DNA of 64,000 nucleotides from a virus, in the IMG/VR virus record IMGVR_UViG_3300042317_000390, positions 1 through 64,000 of that record; one strand, written 5' to 3'. Numbering within the stretch: position 1 is the stretch's first letter; each line of letters begins with the position of its first letter. The translations under genes and the position numbers were made by a program. Shown here one piece after another: positions 1-9,706 of this stretch. A model generated the notes under the pieces. The model did not search any database and was not told the DNA's origin. It saw nothing but the letters and a program-made list of their open reading frames with translations.

Positions 1-219
1 AATTGATCTTTGCCAAAGATATTGACGTGATGATTGAGTTCTTCATTGGATCCATAATAATCTAACCAGTCGGACTCGACCTTGAATTTCTTTTTCTTTC
101 CCTTTACTTGTTTAGTCTTAGAGAAATGAAAAAGCTTTTTACCGATATATCTTTTATTTGTGCGAAGATTGGTAATTATATAGACGAATCCAACATAATT
201 ACCAATATCTTCAAATATT

Positions 220-489
220 TCACCTCTGTATATCCACATCCCGAATCTCCTTCGGGATATTTATTCTACCAGCGGTTGTATTATTTTGCGCTCTTATATC
301 CTTATTATTCCAAGTCCAACATTCGCCAGTTTCGTCTTGAAAACAAACCCAATATAAATCTAGCTCAAATCCATAATCTATTAGAAAATGAGCCAACGCC
401 TTTCCTTTTGGAGTATACAAAGGCATGGGCGGATCTATACGAGTTATCACCAACCATCGCTCTCGTCTTGAGGATACATCTGAGACCAA
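220..489 (-). CDS. conserved phage hypothetical protein (true start probably downstream of 489)
   Basis: ORF track; TPKG..LAHFLIDYG.E.DL.WV.F.D.TGECWTW pattern typical of a small myovirus protein family. Confidence 0.6.
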   Translation of the reverse strand: MVSDVSSRRERWLVITRIDPPMPLYTPKGKALAHFLIDYGFELDLYWVCFQDETGECWTWNNKDIRAQNNTTAGRINIPKEIRDVDIQR

Positions 490-668
490 ACTTCATCAAA
501 CGCCTCATCTACCGATTCGTAAATATCAAATAGTTCTGCTCCATTATCCTCAAAGATAGGAATCAGTTCTCTATAGACATCACATCTTGATTCGTAATCA
601 GTAACGTTTGCTCTGATTACTGCAGCAATTTCCTCAAATATAGAAGTTCCGTTTGACCAACTTGCCAT
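447..668 (-). CDS. hypothetical acidic protein
   Basis: ORF with AAGGA RBS, in operon with neighbours. Confidence 0.6.
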   Translation of the reverse strand: MASWSNGTSIFEEIAAVIRANVTDYESRCDVYRELIPIFEDNGAELFDIYESVDEAFDEVWSQMYPQDESDGW

Positions 669-671
669 TTA

Positions 672-1067
672 TTATTCCTTTTTCTTATTTTGTTGATATA
701 CTACTGATCCATAAATCTCCTCATAAGATAGACCATCTGGAATAGCATTTACTGCTGAACTTGGTCTACCAGACATCCAAGATGACCATTGTGCATTAGC
801 AGCACTAGACGCTGTTAATGGAACGGTTGAACAATATGTTTTTGATGGGCAACGTGAATTGCCGCAGACATAACCATACGCCTTACCAACTTCAAAGAAC
901 ATACCGCAAACAATACAAGTAGTTCCTACGTTTTGTTGTCTTAACCAATCTTGATGTGGTTGTTGGTAAGGATTGGTGGGAAGCCTTTCAGACTTCCCTT
1001 TGTTATATCCAGCTTCCCAACCGTTTTGATAACCGGCATCGTAACCGTTTTTCCAGTCGTCACTCAT
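672..1067 (-). CDS. hypothetical protein with GY..GY..GW repeats and a putative Zn ribbon
   Basis: ATGA overlap with nrdJ stop; CIVC and CGNSRC motifs. Confidence 0.6.
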   Translation of the reverse strand: MSDDWKNGYDAGYQNGWEAGYNKGKSERLPTNPYQQPHQDWLRQQNVGTTCIVCGMFFEVGKAYGYVCGNSRCPSKTYCSTVPLTASSAANAQWSSWMSGRPSSAVNAIPDGLSYEEIYGSVVYQQNKKKE

Positions 1068-2965
1068 ATCTCACAGTTCCCTGCTGTACAAGCCAATGTC
1101 TGAACGCCCTCGACGTTATCATCCACTTCAACTAGAGCATCCCAATCAACTATTGTAGGAATATTTATAATAGTATTATCATATTCTTCCTTAGTGATTG
1201 TTTCATAAGGAGCTTGTCTATATGTACCACCATCATATGGAAGGAATGATACGCCAGACATTTCATCAAAATGATCATAGACCCAAGCACCGACTCGTGG
1301 CCACTCTGCCTCCGTTACGTTAATCGTAACAGAAGGTTTATGCTCACACCAATGACGCTGATACTTTAACCAAAGTTCTAGGTGATCGATAGCAGATACA
1401 CTCTCTCTAGTAATTGAAGACTCTGGTAGCTTCATAGGAAATGAAAATACAGTAGTAGAATGAGGCTTAGTAACGTCAGGCTCGTTAGGCACACCCGCAT
1501 CAATAAGATGTTTTGTAAGAGGATCTTTATTGTCACTTCTAACACGGCGAATGTAATAATGGTCGTGACCGGGATGAATACCAGAAGGACTAAGAACCAA
1601 TTGGCTGACGGTTCCAGAGGGCTTAACGCAGGTAATAGCAACTGACTGGTTAATTCCAAGCTTTTCGCTCCATTCCTTATTCGTGTCAATAGCAACCTGA
1701 CGAAGACGTTCTAGACGCTCAGGAAGTTCTGGATCTTTATAATCGTTCATTAGTGGGCAATCATAAATGCCTGTAAACGAAACACCTAGAAGCCTTTCTT
1801 CCTCTGTATTCTTCTGCCAAATCTTACGAAGATATGGGAAATGAGTCATAGTTGATTGAAACGTTCCCAATATTGTTGCGACTCTAATCTTTCTAGCAAG
1901 AGATTTCTCACTATCATCGCTTCGTATAACGACCTCTGTGAGGTTGCAAAACTGGTATGGTCGAAGGATAATCTCCGAACAGGGATTAGTTCCGAATTCA
2001 AACGATGGATCTCTTCTTCCACTTCTTTTAGCAACTTTTTGGCTTGCTTCTCTGGAAAAGATTCCACGTTCGCCCGACTTAGACTCATAGATGGAGAGCC
2101 ATTCTTGCATGAACTGTCCAACTTCTGGTTTTTCCGTATAGACTGCTGAATTATTTGATAAAGCTCTTTGTACATTTGCTTCCCACCATTGTCCTGCTTT
2201 AGCATGACGCATACGATCATCACTAAGATTAGATAGAGAAATCATAGCAGAACGGCGAACGCCACCAACTACAACAACTTCACCAATTTTACACATAATA
2301 TCATGGCACTCTAGTGAAGTTAGCTTACGACCATGAGCGTTCTTAAAGATACGAATAACAAACTTGAATAGATCGTTGAGTGGATCTGGTCCAGAAGAAC
2401 GACCACCAAATACCTTTAGTGGAGCACCAGCAGGGCGAAGCTGCGATAGATCCCACTTTGGAACTTCACCAGCGTAAAGCAAAGAGATAAGCATACGCAA
2501 TCCCTTTGACCAACCTTCCTTAGAATCACGAACTGTAATAAGAGTATCACAATCATAAAGATTCTCAGGTATCTCTGGTAGCTTATTAACATACTGACGC
2601 TCTACAGAGAAACCAACACCTGTGCCATTCATAAGAATACACATAGCCTCGTCGAATGCTTTAGGATCGTCAATCGGCAAATAAGAACAATTATAACCAG
2701 CAACGTTATCACGATCTAGCGCCTTACCAGCTGTCATAAGAGCACGCATAGAAGGCATTACTTCTAGATTATAAATTGCGTCAAATACTTCTTGCTTTAG
2801 CTTTTGATCAACCGTCCATCCCTGGCCTGTTGAAACTTTTGTGAACATATAATCCACATAACGCTGGACTGTTTCATTCCAGTGTTCACGACGATTCTTT
2901 TCTGGAAGGAATCTTGCGTAACGGGATTTATGAATATACTGCTGGTAAACTGTAAAGTCTGTCAT
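1064..2965 (-). CDS. nrdJ: class II (adenosylcobalamin-dependent) ribonucleotide reductase, monomeric type
   Basis: PSMRA, YNCSY, VVGGVRRSA, catalytic GTNPCSEI, TCVKPSGTVSQL, C-terminal redox pair ACTAGNCEI; no nrdB nearby. Confidence 0.95.
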   Translation of the reverse strand: MTDFTVYQQYIHKSRYARFLPEKNRREHWNETVQRYVDYMFTKVSTGQGWTVDQKLKQEVFDAIYNLEVMPSMRALMTAGKALDRDNVAGYNCSYLPIDDPKAFDEAMCILMNGTGVGFSVERQYVNKLPEIPENLYDCDTLITVRDSKEGWSKGLRMLISLLYAGEVPKWDLSQLRPAGAPLKVFGGRSSGPDPLNDLFKFVIRIFKNAHGRKLTSLECHDIMCKIGEVVVVGGVRRSAMISLSNLSDDRMRHAKAGQWWEANVQRALSNNSAVYTEKPEVGQFMQEWLSIYESKSGERGIFSREASQKVAKRSGRRDPSFEFGTNPCSEIILRPYQFCNLTEVVIRSDDSEKSLARKIRVATILGTFQSTMTHFPYLRKIWQKNTEEERLLGVSFTGIYDCPLMNDYKDPELPERLERLRQVAIDTNKEWSEKLGINQSVAITCVKPSGTVSQLVLSPSGIHPGHDHYYIRRVRSDNKDPLTKHLIDAGVPNEPDVTKPHSTTVFSFPMKLPESSITRESVSAIDHLELWLKYQRHWCEHKPSVTINVTEAEWPRVGAWVYDHFDEMSGVSFLPYDGGTYRQAPYETITKEEYDNTIINIPTIVDWDALVEVDDNVEGVQTLACTAGNCEI

Positions 2966-3089
2966 TTATTTTCCTCTTTGAACATAACGGTTTCTCTATA
3001 TATATTATAAATTTCTTTGAGTTTTTCATTGGGCGGAGGATATACTCGATACTTCATCATAACCCAAATTGGTATTTGCTTTCCCAGTT

Positions 3090-3425
3090 TCAGTCTTGCT
3101 TTCCATCTTCTTTTGGAATCTCGCTTTCGCATTGCTTAGCCTTGTATATATATCTCTTCTTTTGTTCAACTGTCCACATAGGAGCGGCATATGGATTATG
3201 TTGATCAAAAAGTTCTAAGTATTCTTCTTCAGTTACTACACGGTGTGATAATATGTTCTCACCAACATGTTCTTGTGCTACTTCATCAAATTCTGTTTCT
3301 CCACCAGTAGTAAAATACATAACATCTTCTACAGCATAATCTGCTGGTTGGTTATCTTCAAGTTCTACAGCGTATATATGCCGGAACATAGAGACGGTTT
3401 CAACTAATACGATTTTAGGCATCAA
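3090..3425 (-). CDS. conserved T4-like hypothetical protein
   Basis: LVETVSMFR..Y.VE and QEH.GE.I.SHR motifs. Confidence 0.6.
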   Translation of the reverse strand: MMPKIVLVETVSMFRHIYAVELEDNQPADYAVEDVMYFTTGGETEFDEVAQEHVGENILSHRVVTEEEYLELFDQHNPYAAPMWTVEQKKRYIYKAKQCESEIPKEDGKQD

Positions 3426-3703
3426 GAATCTCCGTGATTTTCAAATATAAAGGTAACTCTGGATATAGATAACCAGAATATAGCTGTCTAATCTCTCTAC
3501 CCTCGAACCTGTTATTCACTCTGTGAACGGCTCTGGCGAATTTCTTAAAGTCGTATCTATCAAACAGCATTATAATCCAAACTTCTTTCTTGACCACGGT
3601 GCGTTATGAAAGCAGTCATGATATATCCACCATGTGCCATCATCAAGCGCCTGTATAGTCCTGATTGTTTCTCCATGGATATTGATCATGGTTACGATCC
3701 TAT

Positions 3704-4474
3704 TCATGACCAGAACTTCCACCACCATGATTTAGGTTCTTGTTCTACAACAGAAGATCTATTCCTTGGAAGCCAGTGATCCTCAAATCTTGGCATGTTA
3801 GGATCTAGATCAGGATACCAATACTCTTTCAAAGATGGGAAGTGCATGAGGATTTCTTTCTGTGCTGCTAGAGCAACCTGACGGTGTTCTTTCTGTGTGC
3901 CTTCTTCTGCTCTAACATCAATATAGTGGATAAATGACCTCAACGATCCACTCATATACATTTTAGTCTCAATGAGTCCTTCTGGTAATACTGATCTAGC
4001 GACTTCTTTGGCAATGCCCATGTCAATAGCAAGTTTATATCCTTTTTCAGCGGCACTTCTGATAAGATTTTGCTGCATCTTCCATTGATAATGAACATCG
4101 TCATCATCAGTCTCAATACTATTCTGACGGTTTTTATGATCTTGAAGTCTTGCTTCCCTTGTAACAAAATTCATATCTTGCGTGGGGTCTGCATACCTTT
4201 GTGAGAACTCTTGAAAAGTGAATGAACGGTGTCGAAGAATCTGTCTACCGATATCTCTTGTGGTTGTAATCTCTAACGTAAGGAAGCAATGTTCCATAGG
4301 ACTCCAATGTTTATGCTCAATAAGATATTTCATAAGTTTTGGTGCAGTCATCATATTCAACTGATTTGATGGATTGCTTACACGGGCAACATAAACAATA
4401 TATTCCTCTGGCGTCATACCAGGATAATCTTCTACCATAGGTTTAGTGATTCCAACAATCTTCACATTACTCAT
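3704..4474 (-). CDS. thyX: FAD-dependent thymidylate synthase
   Basis: ARVSNP, HKHWSP.E, signature RHRSFTFQEFSQRY, KEVAR.VLP, TQKEHR. Confidence 0.96.
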   Translation of the reverse strand: MSNVKIVGITKPMVEDYPGMTPEEYIVYVARVSNPSNQLNMMTAPKLMKYLIEHKHWSPMEHCFLTLEITTTRDIGRQILRHRSFTFQEFSQRYADPTQDMNFVTREARLQDHKNRQNSIETDDDDVHYQWKMQQNLIRSAAEKGYKLAIDMGIAKEVARSVLPEGLIETKMYMSGSLRSFIHYIDVRAEEGTQKEHRQVALAAQKEILMHFPSLKEYWYPDLDPNMPRFEDHWLPRNRSSVVEQEPKSWWWKFWS

Positions 4475-5154
4475 TTTCTCTTCCTTCTAGTCATTCCTTT
4501 AGAGAACCCCTCTGGTATTTCGGCATCTATACTTAGAAAGATATTCTTATCTCCATCAGTATAGCATACTCTGCCTTTAGTATTACCATCGGAGTTTTCA
4601 AACTTCTGTTTCATCTTTTGTCTTATCTTGTCCTTACGTTCTTCGTTTTTTTCATCGGAAAGGTTGAACATAGGATTATATATCTTACATCTTTCGCTTC
4701 TATCCGATCGTTCCTCGTCGGTCAAGTTCAAAACTTTACCTTTACCTGCCGCACTTATTGAGTCTTTTATCTGTTGTGCTTTATCTTCACCATATAATTC
4801 TTCATAGGTTTTACCAGTCATAGACTTGTTTCGTTCAATAACTGCTATTCTGTTCTTTTCTCTGGATTTCTCTAACTGGAACGGATGCCTACCATCTTTT
4901 GAAAGTTCTAATTGAGTCTTACTAGAGATTTCCGATCTTTGTTCTGTTGTTAGAGAGATATGACCTGTAACAGACATGGCCCAACAGGCACCATAATCTC
5001 CTTGCGAGTAGTGAATATCATAGTGTTCTTTTGCCGAAACACATTGAAGATTGTCTATGTGATTATTGGAATGATTACCGTCAATATGATGTATATGATA
5101 ACCCTTCGGTATTGGACCGAAATGTTGCTCGTATAGACGGCGATAAATAGACAT
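4471..5154 (-). CDS. HNH homing endonuclease (start moved to ATG 5154)
   Basis: HIHHIDGNHSNNHIDNL..VS..EH motif, basic NUMOD-like tail (GKTYEELYG); AGGAG RBS and late promoter just upstream of ATG 5154. Confidence 0.88.
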   Translation of the reverse strand: MSIYRRLYEQHFGPIPKGYHIHHIDGNHSNNHIDNLQCVSAKEHYDIHYSQGDYGACWAMSVTGHISLTTEQRSEISSKTQLELSKDGRHPFQLEKSREKNRIAVIERNKSMTGKTYEELYGEDKAQQIKDSISAAGKGKVLNLTDEERSDRSERCKIYNPMFNLSDEKNEERKDKIRQKMKQKFENSDGNTKGRVCYTDGDKNIFLSIDAEIPEGFSKGMTRRKRK

Positions 5155-5221
5155 GCTGGCACTCCTAAACAGTGTTAGAGTAGGCGGGACTGGTACTCCG
5201 TGGCCTACAACTCTATTTAGT
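5155..5221 (-). promoter_or_regulatory. T4-type late promoter (ACTAAATA) plus structured leader of HNH gene 1
   Basis: TAAATA box followed by stems TAGA/TCTA, GTAGGC/GCCTAC, GGA/TCC and CACT/AGTG overlapping the RBS. Confidence 0.75.
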
Positions 5222-5427
5222 AAATCAGCACTTTCAGTCATCTTGTTTCCTTCCTTTCCAAAAAAGATATATCTCATCGGAAATTACGGTGTCCATACCC
5301 CAAACATCTACTTCTGCTTTTATAGATTTTGGTAGTTGAGAAGTGTAGATTTCCATAAGTTCTTCATCGGTTCTCAATTTACCATCACATTCATAAAGAA
5401 TGTCATGTAACCGTTCTACATCAATGC

Positions 5428-5706
5428 TCATTGATCCATCCACCATGTTATCTTAGGATTAGTCGTTTCGTATTCTTCTACGATTTCATCAAGAGTCCAT
5501 ATACGGTATGGAGTCGTGAAATTATCCAACCAAGCACTAAATCTATTCCAATCATCACCTTTCATCATAGGAAGGCCAATTTCGGTATATTCAGGAACAT
5601 CGCCTGAAACATCAATACGACCAGTAGACCAATCATTACCATTTTCTTCTATCCATTTAGTATTGATTGGACCCATCCAGTTTGTTGAGTAATGTATAGT
5701 CATCAC
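5428..5706 (-). CDS. hypothetical protein
   Basis: ORF track, overlapping-operon context. Confidence 0.55.
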   Translation of the reverse strand: MMTIHYSTNWMGPINTKWIEENGNDWSTGRIDVSGDVPEYTEIGLPMMKGDDWNRFSAWLDNFTTPYRIWTLDEIVEEYETTNPKITWWMDQ

Positions 5707-6237
5707 TTTTCCATCTTTTCATACATCTTCTTATAGATATCATATTCATCTACATGGACATACTCTTCCATACCATTATCTCTAACCTGTACCATTTTGT
5801 ATTCTGTAAGGTCGACAGACGATTTCTTTGTCATTTCGACATGAATTTTACCTCGATTATCTGTCATATGTCTTATTACAATAAAATCACTCATTATTCT
5901 TCCCTTCTATACACAATCTTTTTTGCTAGTATTTCATCACCGCATTTCACACAGATTTCACCGCTGCCAGGTCCACCCATACCATCAATCGTTTCACCAC
6001 AAAGAGAACACGACCATATAGCAGCAGTTACAAAGGTGTTAGGATTGTATGGAATAGTTCGTTTCACTAGTTCATAATAAACGGTATCGTTAGACATCAC
6101 CTATTCCTTCTCTTATACAAGATTTCCGCCACAACAAAGGAATCCATACCAGGAAAGTATCCTTTTTCCTGGAGATATTCAGCCTGTCTAATATACATCA
6201 TCTGTTCTCGGAAGTCAAGTTCTTTCCAGGATTTCAT

Positions 6238-6447
6238 CTATGGCGACCAGTGCTTATGATCGATTAGATACTTTAGGAGTTTTGGTGCAGTGAGGGTGTT
6301 GTATTGATTACCGGGATTAGAAACACGGGCAGTATAGGCAATGAACTCTTCGGCGTTCATTGGACGAGTGTTAACGTCACCATATTTTCCATCTGTCTCG
6401 ATTTTCATAATTGACTGTGTTACTGCAATAATCTTAGCGTTGTTCAT
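6238..6447 (-). pseudogene. thyX: truncated N-terminal fragment of a second thyX allele
   Basis: EEFIAYTARVSNPGNQ.N.LTAPKLLKYLIDHKHWSP-stop aligns with the N-terminus of the full thyX at 3704-4474. Confidence 0.88.
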
Positions 6448-8067
6448 TTGTTACTCTTTCCATTATTAAACGATTCTTTTTCAACAATCCATAACTTCTT
6501 CTGCTCATAGTTATGATAATATTCTAGGACATGATCTATAGCAGCCAGAAACTCGACATCAACCCATTTCTCTCCACCTTCGTCCGGAAGAGGATCAGCA
6601 TTGAGACGATACGCCTCCTTTAGAGAAGCAATGACAATAGCATCAGTTTGGTCATGGTCTAGTTCAATATTGTATTTCATTATCTTTCTCACCAGTTCTC
6701 TGTCACAAACTGTTTGTCCCAACAATGAGCATATCGATCATTGTGAAACACTAGAACTATCCCGTCATACATGAAGCAGTAGTTCATCACTCACCTTTTG
6801 GTTCTGGGAACATTTCTTTCGCTTGTTCGTAAGCCTTATCTACCAGATGATTTTTTTCTATAACATAGTTACTTGCTACATACCAAAGTTGTTTTTCAAC
6901 AATGATCTTACCGTTCTTTATTAGCTTCTCAGGAATAGCCGAAGAACTGCAACTATGTCTCCAAGCGCTTTCTGCTTGGATAAGAATATCATACCAGTTG
7001 TATGATGGTGGAACGTTCTCTGCTCTACCATTCGAAAGAATAATCACATATACATCGTCAGTCATTTCTATCTCCTCCACGTTGACCTCCTCTATATTTG
7101 TCTGGCCATCAGAAAATATCCTTTACGTCTTTGAGACCCTCAAGGTATTCATCAAATATCTTTACCATATCTTCCTTAACCAACTCTCGGCACTTCTTTA
7201 TGATAAGAAGATATTCATTTTGAACCTTATCATGCGAGAGTTCAACATAGTCCGTAGCAATGAAATTGACTAGTTGTTCATACTTACGAAGACGCTCGAT
7301 TTCATCAGCGGCTTCTATCTGTTTATCTTTCAGATATTGGCAGTCCTCAATCATGGCCGATATGACCTTTCGCTGACGGTCTATTTCGACGGCAGCTTCT
7401 TCCATCATAGGGAGCCAGCCATCCAAGATTGATAGGCTTCTTAGCCGCTCGACAATATCTTCACTCATTCCAAGAAACTCCCTATGTCTGGCGTTACCAA
7501 ATCTAAACAAGGAACATAGAACTTCGCATACGTCTTATCTACATATCCTATAACTTTAGGTTCTATACCTCTTCTCCACCCGATCCACTCGTCTGCGGAA
7601 GTATTATAGTATATCGCTTTGTAAAAACAATCATTCATTTCGTTATTGAAATAGTATGTGTAATAGTATCCAGATCGGTTAGGTTTGGCATCAGGATACT
7701 TACTCCACGTATAGGTCATCAGTCTTTCGCCTTCATCCTCAAGAAAGTGGTGACAGCCTTTTCTTCACACGGTTCACTTATATATGATAGTATCGCACCA
7801 TGCCTCATCATCAGACCATTGAATTTGCGATACTCTTCATAGAAATGCTCGTATTCATCTTTATGAACCCATTCCTCTGTGGTCTCTGAAAACATTCGGA
7901 TACACCTATAATCTGTCAGGTCAAGTTTTTCGTTATTCTTAGCGAATGTTAACTCTGCCATATCCGAATCTTCACACTTTCGCCTTATCATAACATACTC
8001 CGATTCTGCTTTATTCTTGGTCATGTGTAGGCTCCTTTCCACTAAAAATATACACAATGCTTCGTCA

Positions 8068-8733
8068 TTAGTCAAGAACCTCTAGAATACGCTGGCGCTT
8101 TTCTTCAAACTGTTGACAGGTCATCTGAAACAGTTTTTCAAGAGCATCTAGTTTAGATTGAGTTTCTGCTTGATTACGCAAGGCTTCGTCACGCTCTTTA
8201 GCCACATGCTTCAATGTAGCGTAATGGCCATTACGCTCTGAAATGGCGGCATCGAGGTCGGCTTCGGCTTTGTCAGCCCGCAAAGCATCGGGGCGACTAC
8301 GCCACTCTACGACTTCCTTTGTCAGCATCTCACATCGCTCATTGGCTACGGCAAGGTCGGTACGGAGGCGGGTGATTTCGTCGGCAACTTTCTCAGACAC
8401 GTAATGCCCCGTCTTGTCTATGTCTACGACGACTAGTCCATGTGGACCAAGGCGTTCCCGTAATTTTTCGACTTCCTCATTAGCGGCATCGAGGTCGGCA
8501 CGAAGTTTCTTTACAAGTTTCTCTATTTGAACTACTGAGTCTGTAATCGATCCGTCATTAGGTGCTCCCATTAGTTCAGCATTGACTGAAATCAAATCAG
8601 TGTAATGCTTCTTAAACTCATTGGCTGCGGCGAGTTCGGCACGAAGCCGCAGATTTTCCTCATATACGCTTTCTCTTACTTGCTTCAATTGCTGCTGATG
8701 AATGTCATTCATCACTGTTCCCCCATAATCCAA
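8068..8733 (-). CDS. coiled-coil modular protein with repeated LRA(D/E)L.AAN linkers
   Basis: four linker repeats; GC-richer than flanks. Confidence 0.6.
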   Translation of the reverse strand: MDYGGTVMNDIHQQQLKQVRESVYEENLRLRAELAAANEFKKHYTDLISVNAELMGAPNDGSITDSVVQIEKLVKKLRADLDAANEEVEKLRERLGPHGLVVVDIDKTGHYVSEKVADEITRLRTDLAVANERCEMLTKEVVEWRSRPDALRADKAEADLDAAISERNGHYATLKHVAKERDEALRNQAETQSKLDALEKLFQMTCQQFEEKRQRILEVLD

Positions 8734-9243
8734 ACATATCCATCACTATTAAGATCAGAAATACACAGCCAAAAACAACATAACATTTGACAAACTGTTC
8801 TTCGCTCATTAATTGTCTCACAATTTAACTTTTATTCCCAAAAGTTCTTTTGCATGTTCAATTGCTTCTTCAATTGCTTCTTCAATTGCTTCTGAGTATG
8901 CAAGCTTGCGTTCATCAGATTCTTTATTTTTAATAAGAGTTAAGACAAAAAGAATCTTCTTTAGCTTATTTGTTTCTTCATCGGTCATGTTTTTCTCCTC
9001 ATAATTTATGAAAATCTTTTTTAAAAAAAGAAATATCAGGACTAATCTCTATAATAAAATCTTCCTCGAAATACCAAGGACAGAACCGTTGTTTATTTTC
9101 CACCGACATGTCGTTGAAACACTCTTGAAAGCGTTCTTTCCATACGTTTCTATCTTTCAAATCTTGACCATAACTAATGGTAAACATACTTTGATTTTTA
9201 TATGTGTTAGTTGGAGTCAACACATTGAACCTGGTTGGTATGC

Positions 9244-9513
9244 TCATAGTTCAATTACCTCATAAGTCTTTTCAAAAATAGCAGGAGCGCATGGGTAGAA
9301 CTCGCCATGAACACCTTTAATAATATAATCATTAAGACGAGCAGTCATAATGCCCTCGAGGGTCATGATCTGGATAAATGGTTCTGTATTTCCACCACGT
9401 GGAATTAACAGAGCGTTACACCATTCTGCAATTTCTTTTGCTTTATTTTCTGTGAAGAGACGAGCTTCAACTTCAACTGGTTTCTTACGGACTTTCATTT
9501 GTTGCCTCTGCAA
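9244..9513 (-). CDS. PGDYG-like phage protein
   Basis: KKPVEVEA...TLEG.M.A...DYIIKGV.GEFYPC...FEKTYE. Confidence 0.75.
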   Translation of the reverse strand: MQRQQMKVRKKPVEVEARLFTENKAKEIAEWCNALLIPRGGNTEPFIQIMTLEGIMTARLNDYIIKGVHGEFYPCAPAIFEKTYEVIEL

Positions 9514-9706
9514 TTTTCTTAATAACTTCTTTAGCTGATTCTTCTACGACCCAACGTGTTCCACCACCAGGTCCGCCGAAAACGATGGTAGATAAAGAAC
9601 CATACTTCTCGCTGGATTCTTCAAAAACGCTTGTGATCCAGTCAATATTAATATAGATTGGATCGCCCCTGTACCTGCCAGTATTAGAAAGTTTTACAAA
9701 CTTCAT
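9485..9706 (-). CDS. FlbD-like small protein
   Basis: FVKL...IYIN.D.I..V...T.V...V.ES..EV..KI pattern. Confidence 0.5.
   Translation of the reverse strand: MKFVKLSNTGRYRGDPIYINIDWITSVFEESSEKYGSLSTIVFGGPGGGTRWVVEESAKEVIKKIAEATNESP

Noticed and set aside
5155-5277. 41-aa N-terminal extension of HNH gene 1
   Set aside because: The paralogue starts at the equivalent M.IYRR, and the extension coincides with the promoter and conserved leader.
4475-6237. Group I intron splitting thyX (exon-like fragment plus HNH)
   Set aside because: The downstream thyX has its own complete N-terminus, the intervening DNA is filled with ordinary small ORFs, and no group I core motifs were recognised.
6238-6240. 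TAG recoding (the thyX fragment ends at TAG)
   Set aside because: Sequence after the TAG is not ThyX-like, core genes such as gp43 end normally at TAG, and the tRNA present is Gln(UUG), not a suppressor.
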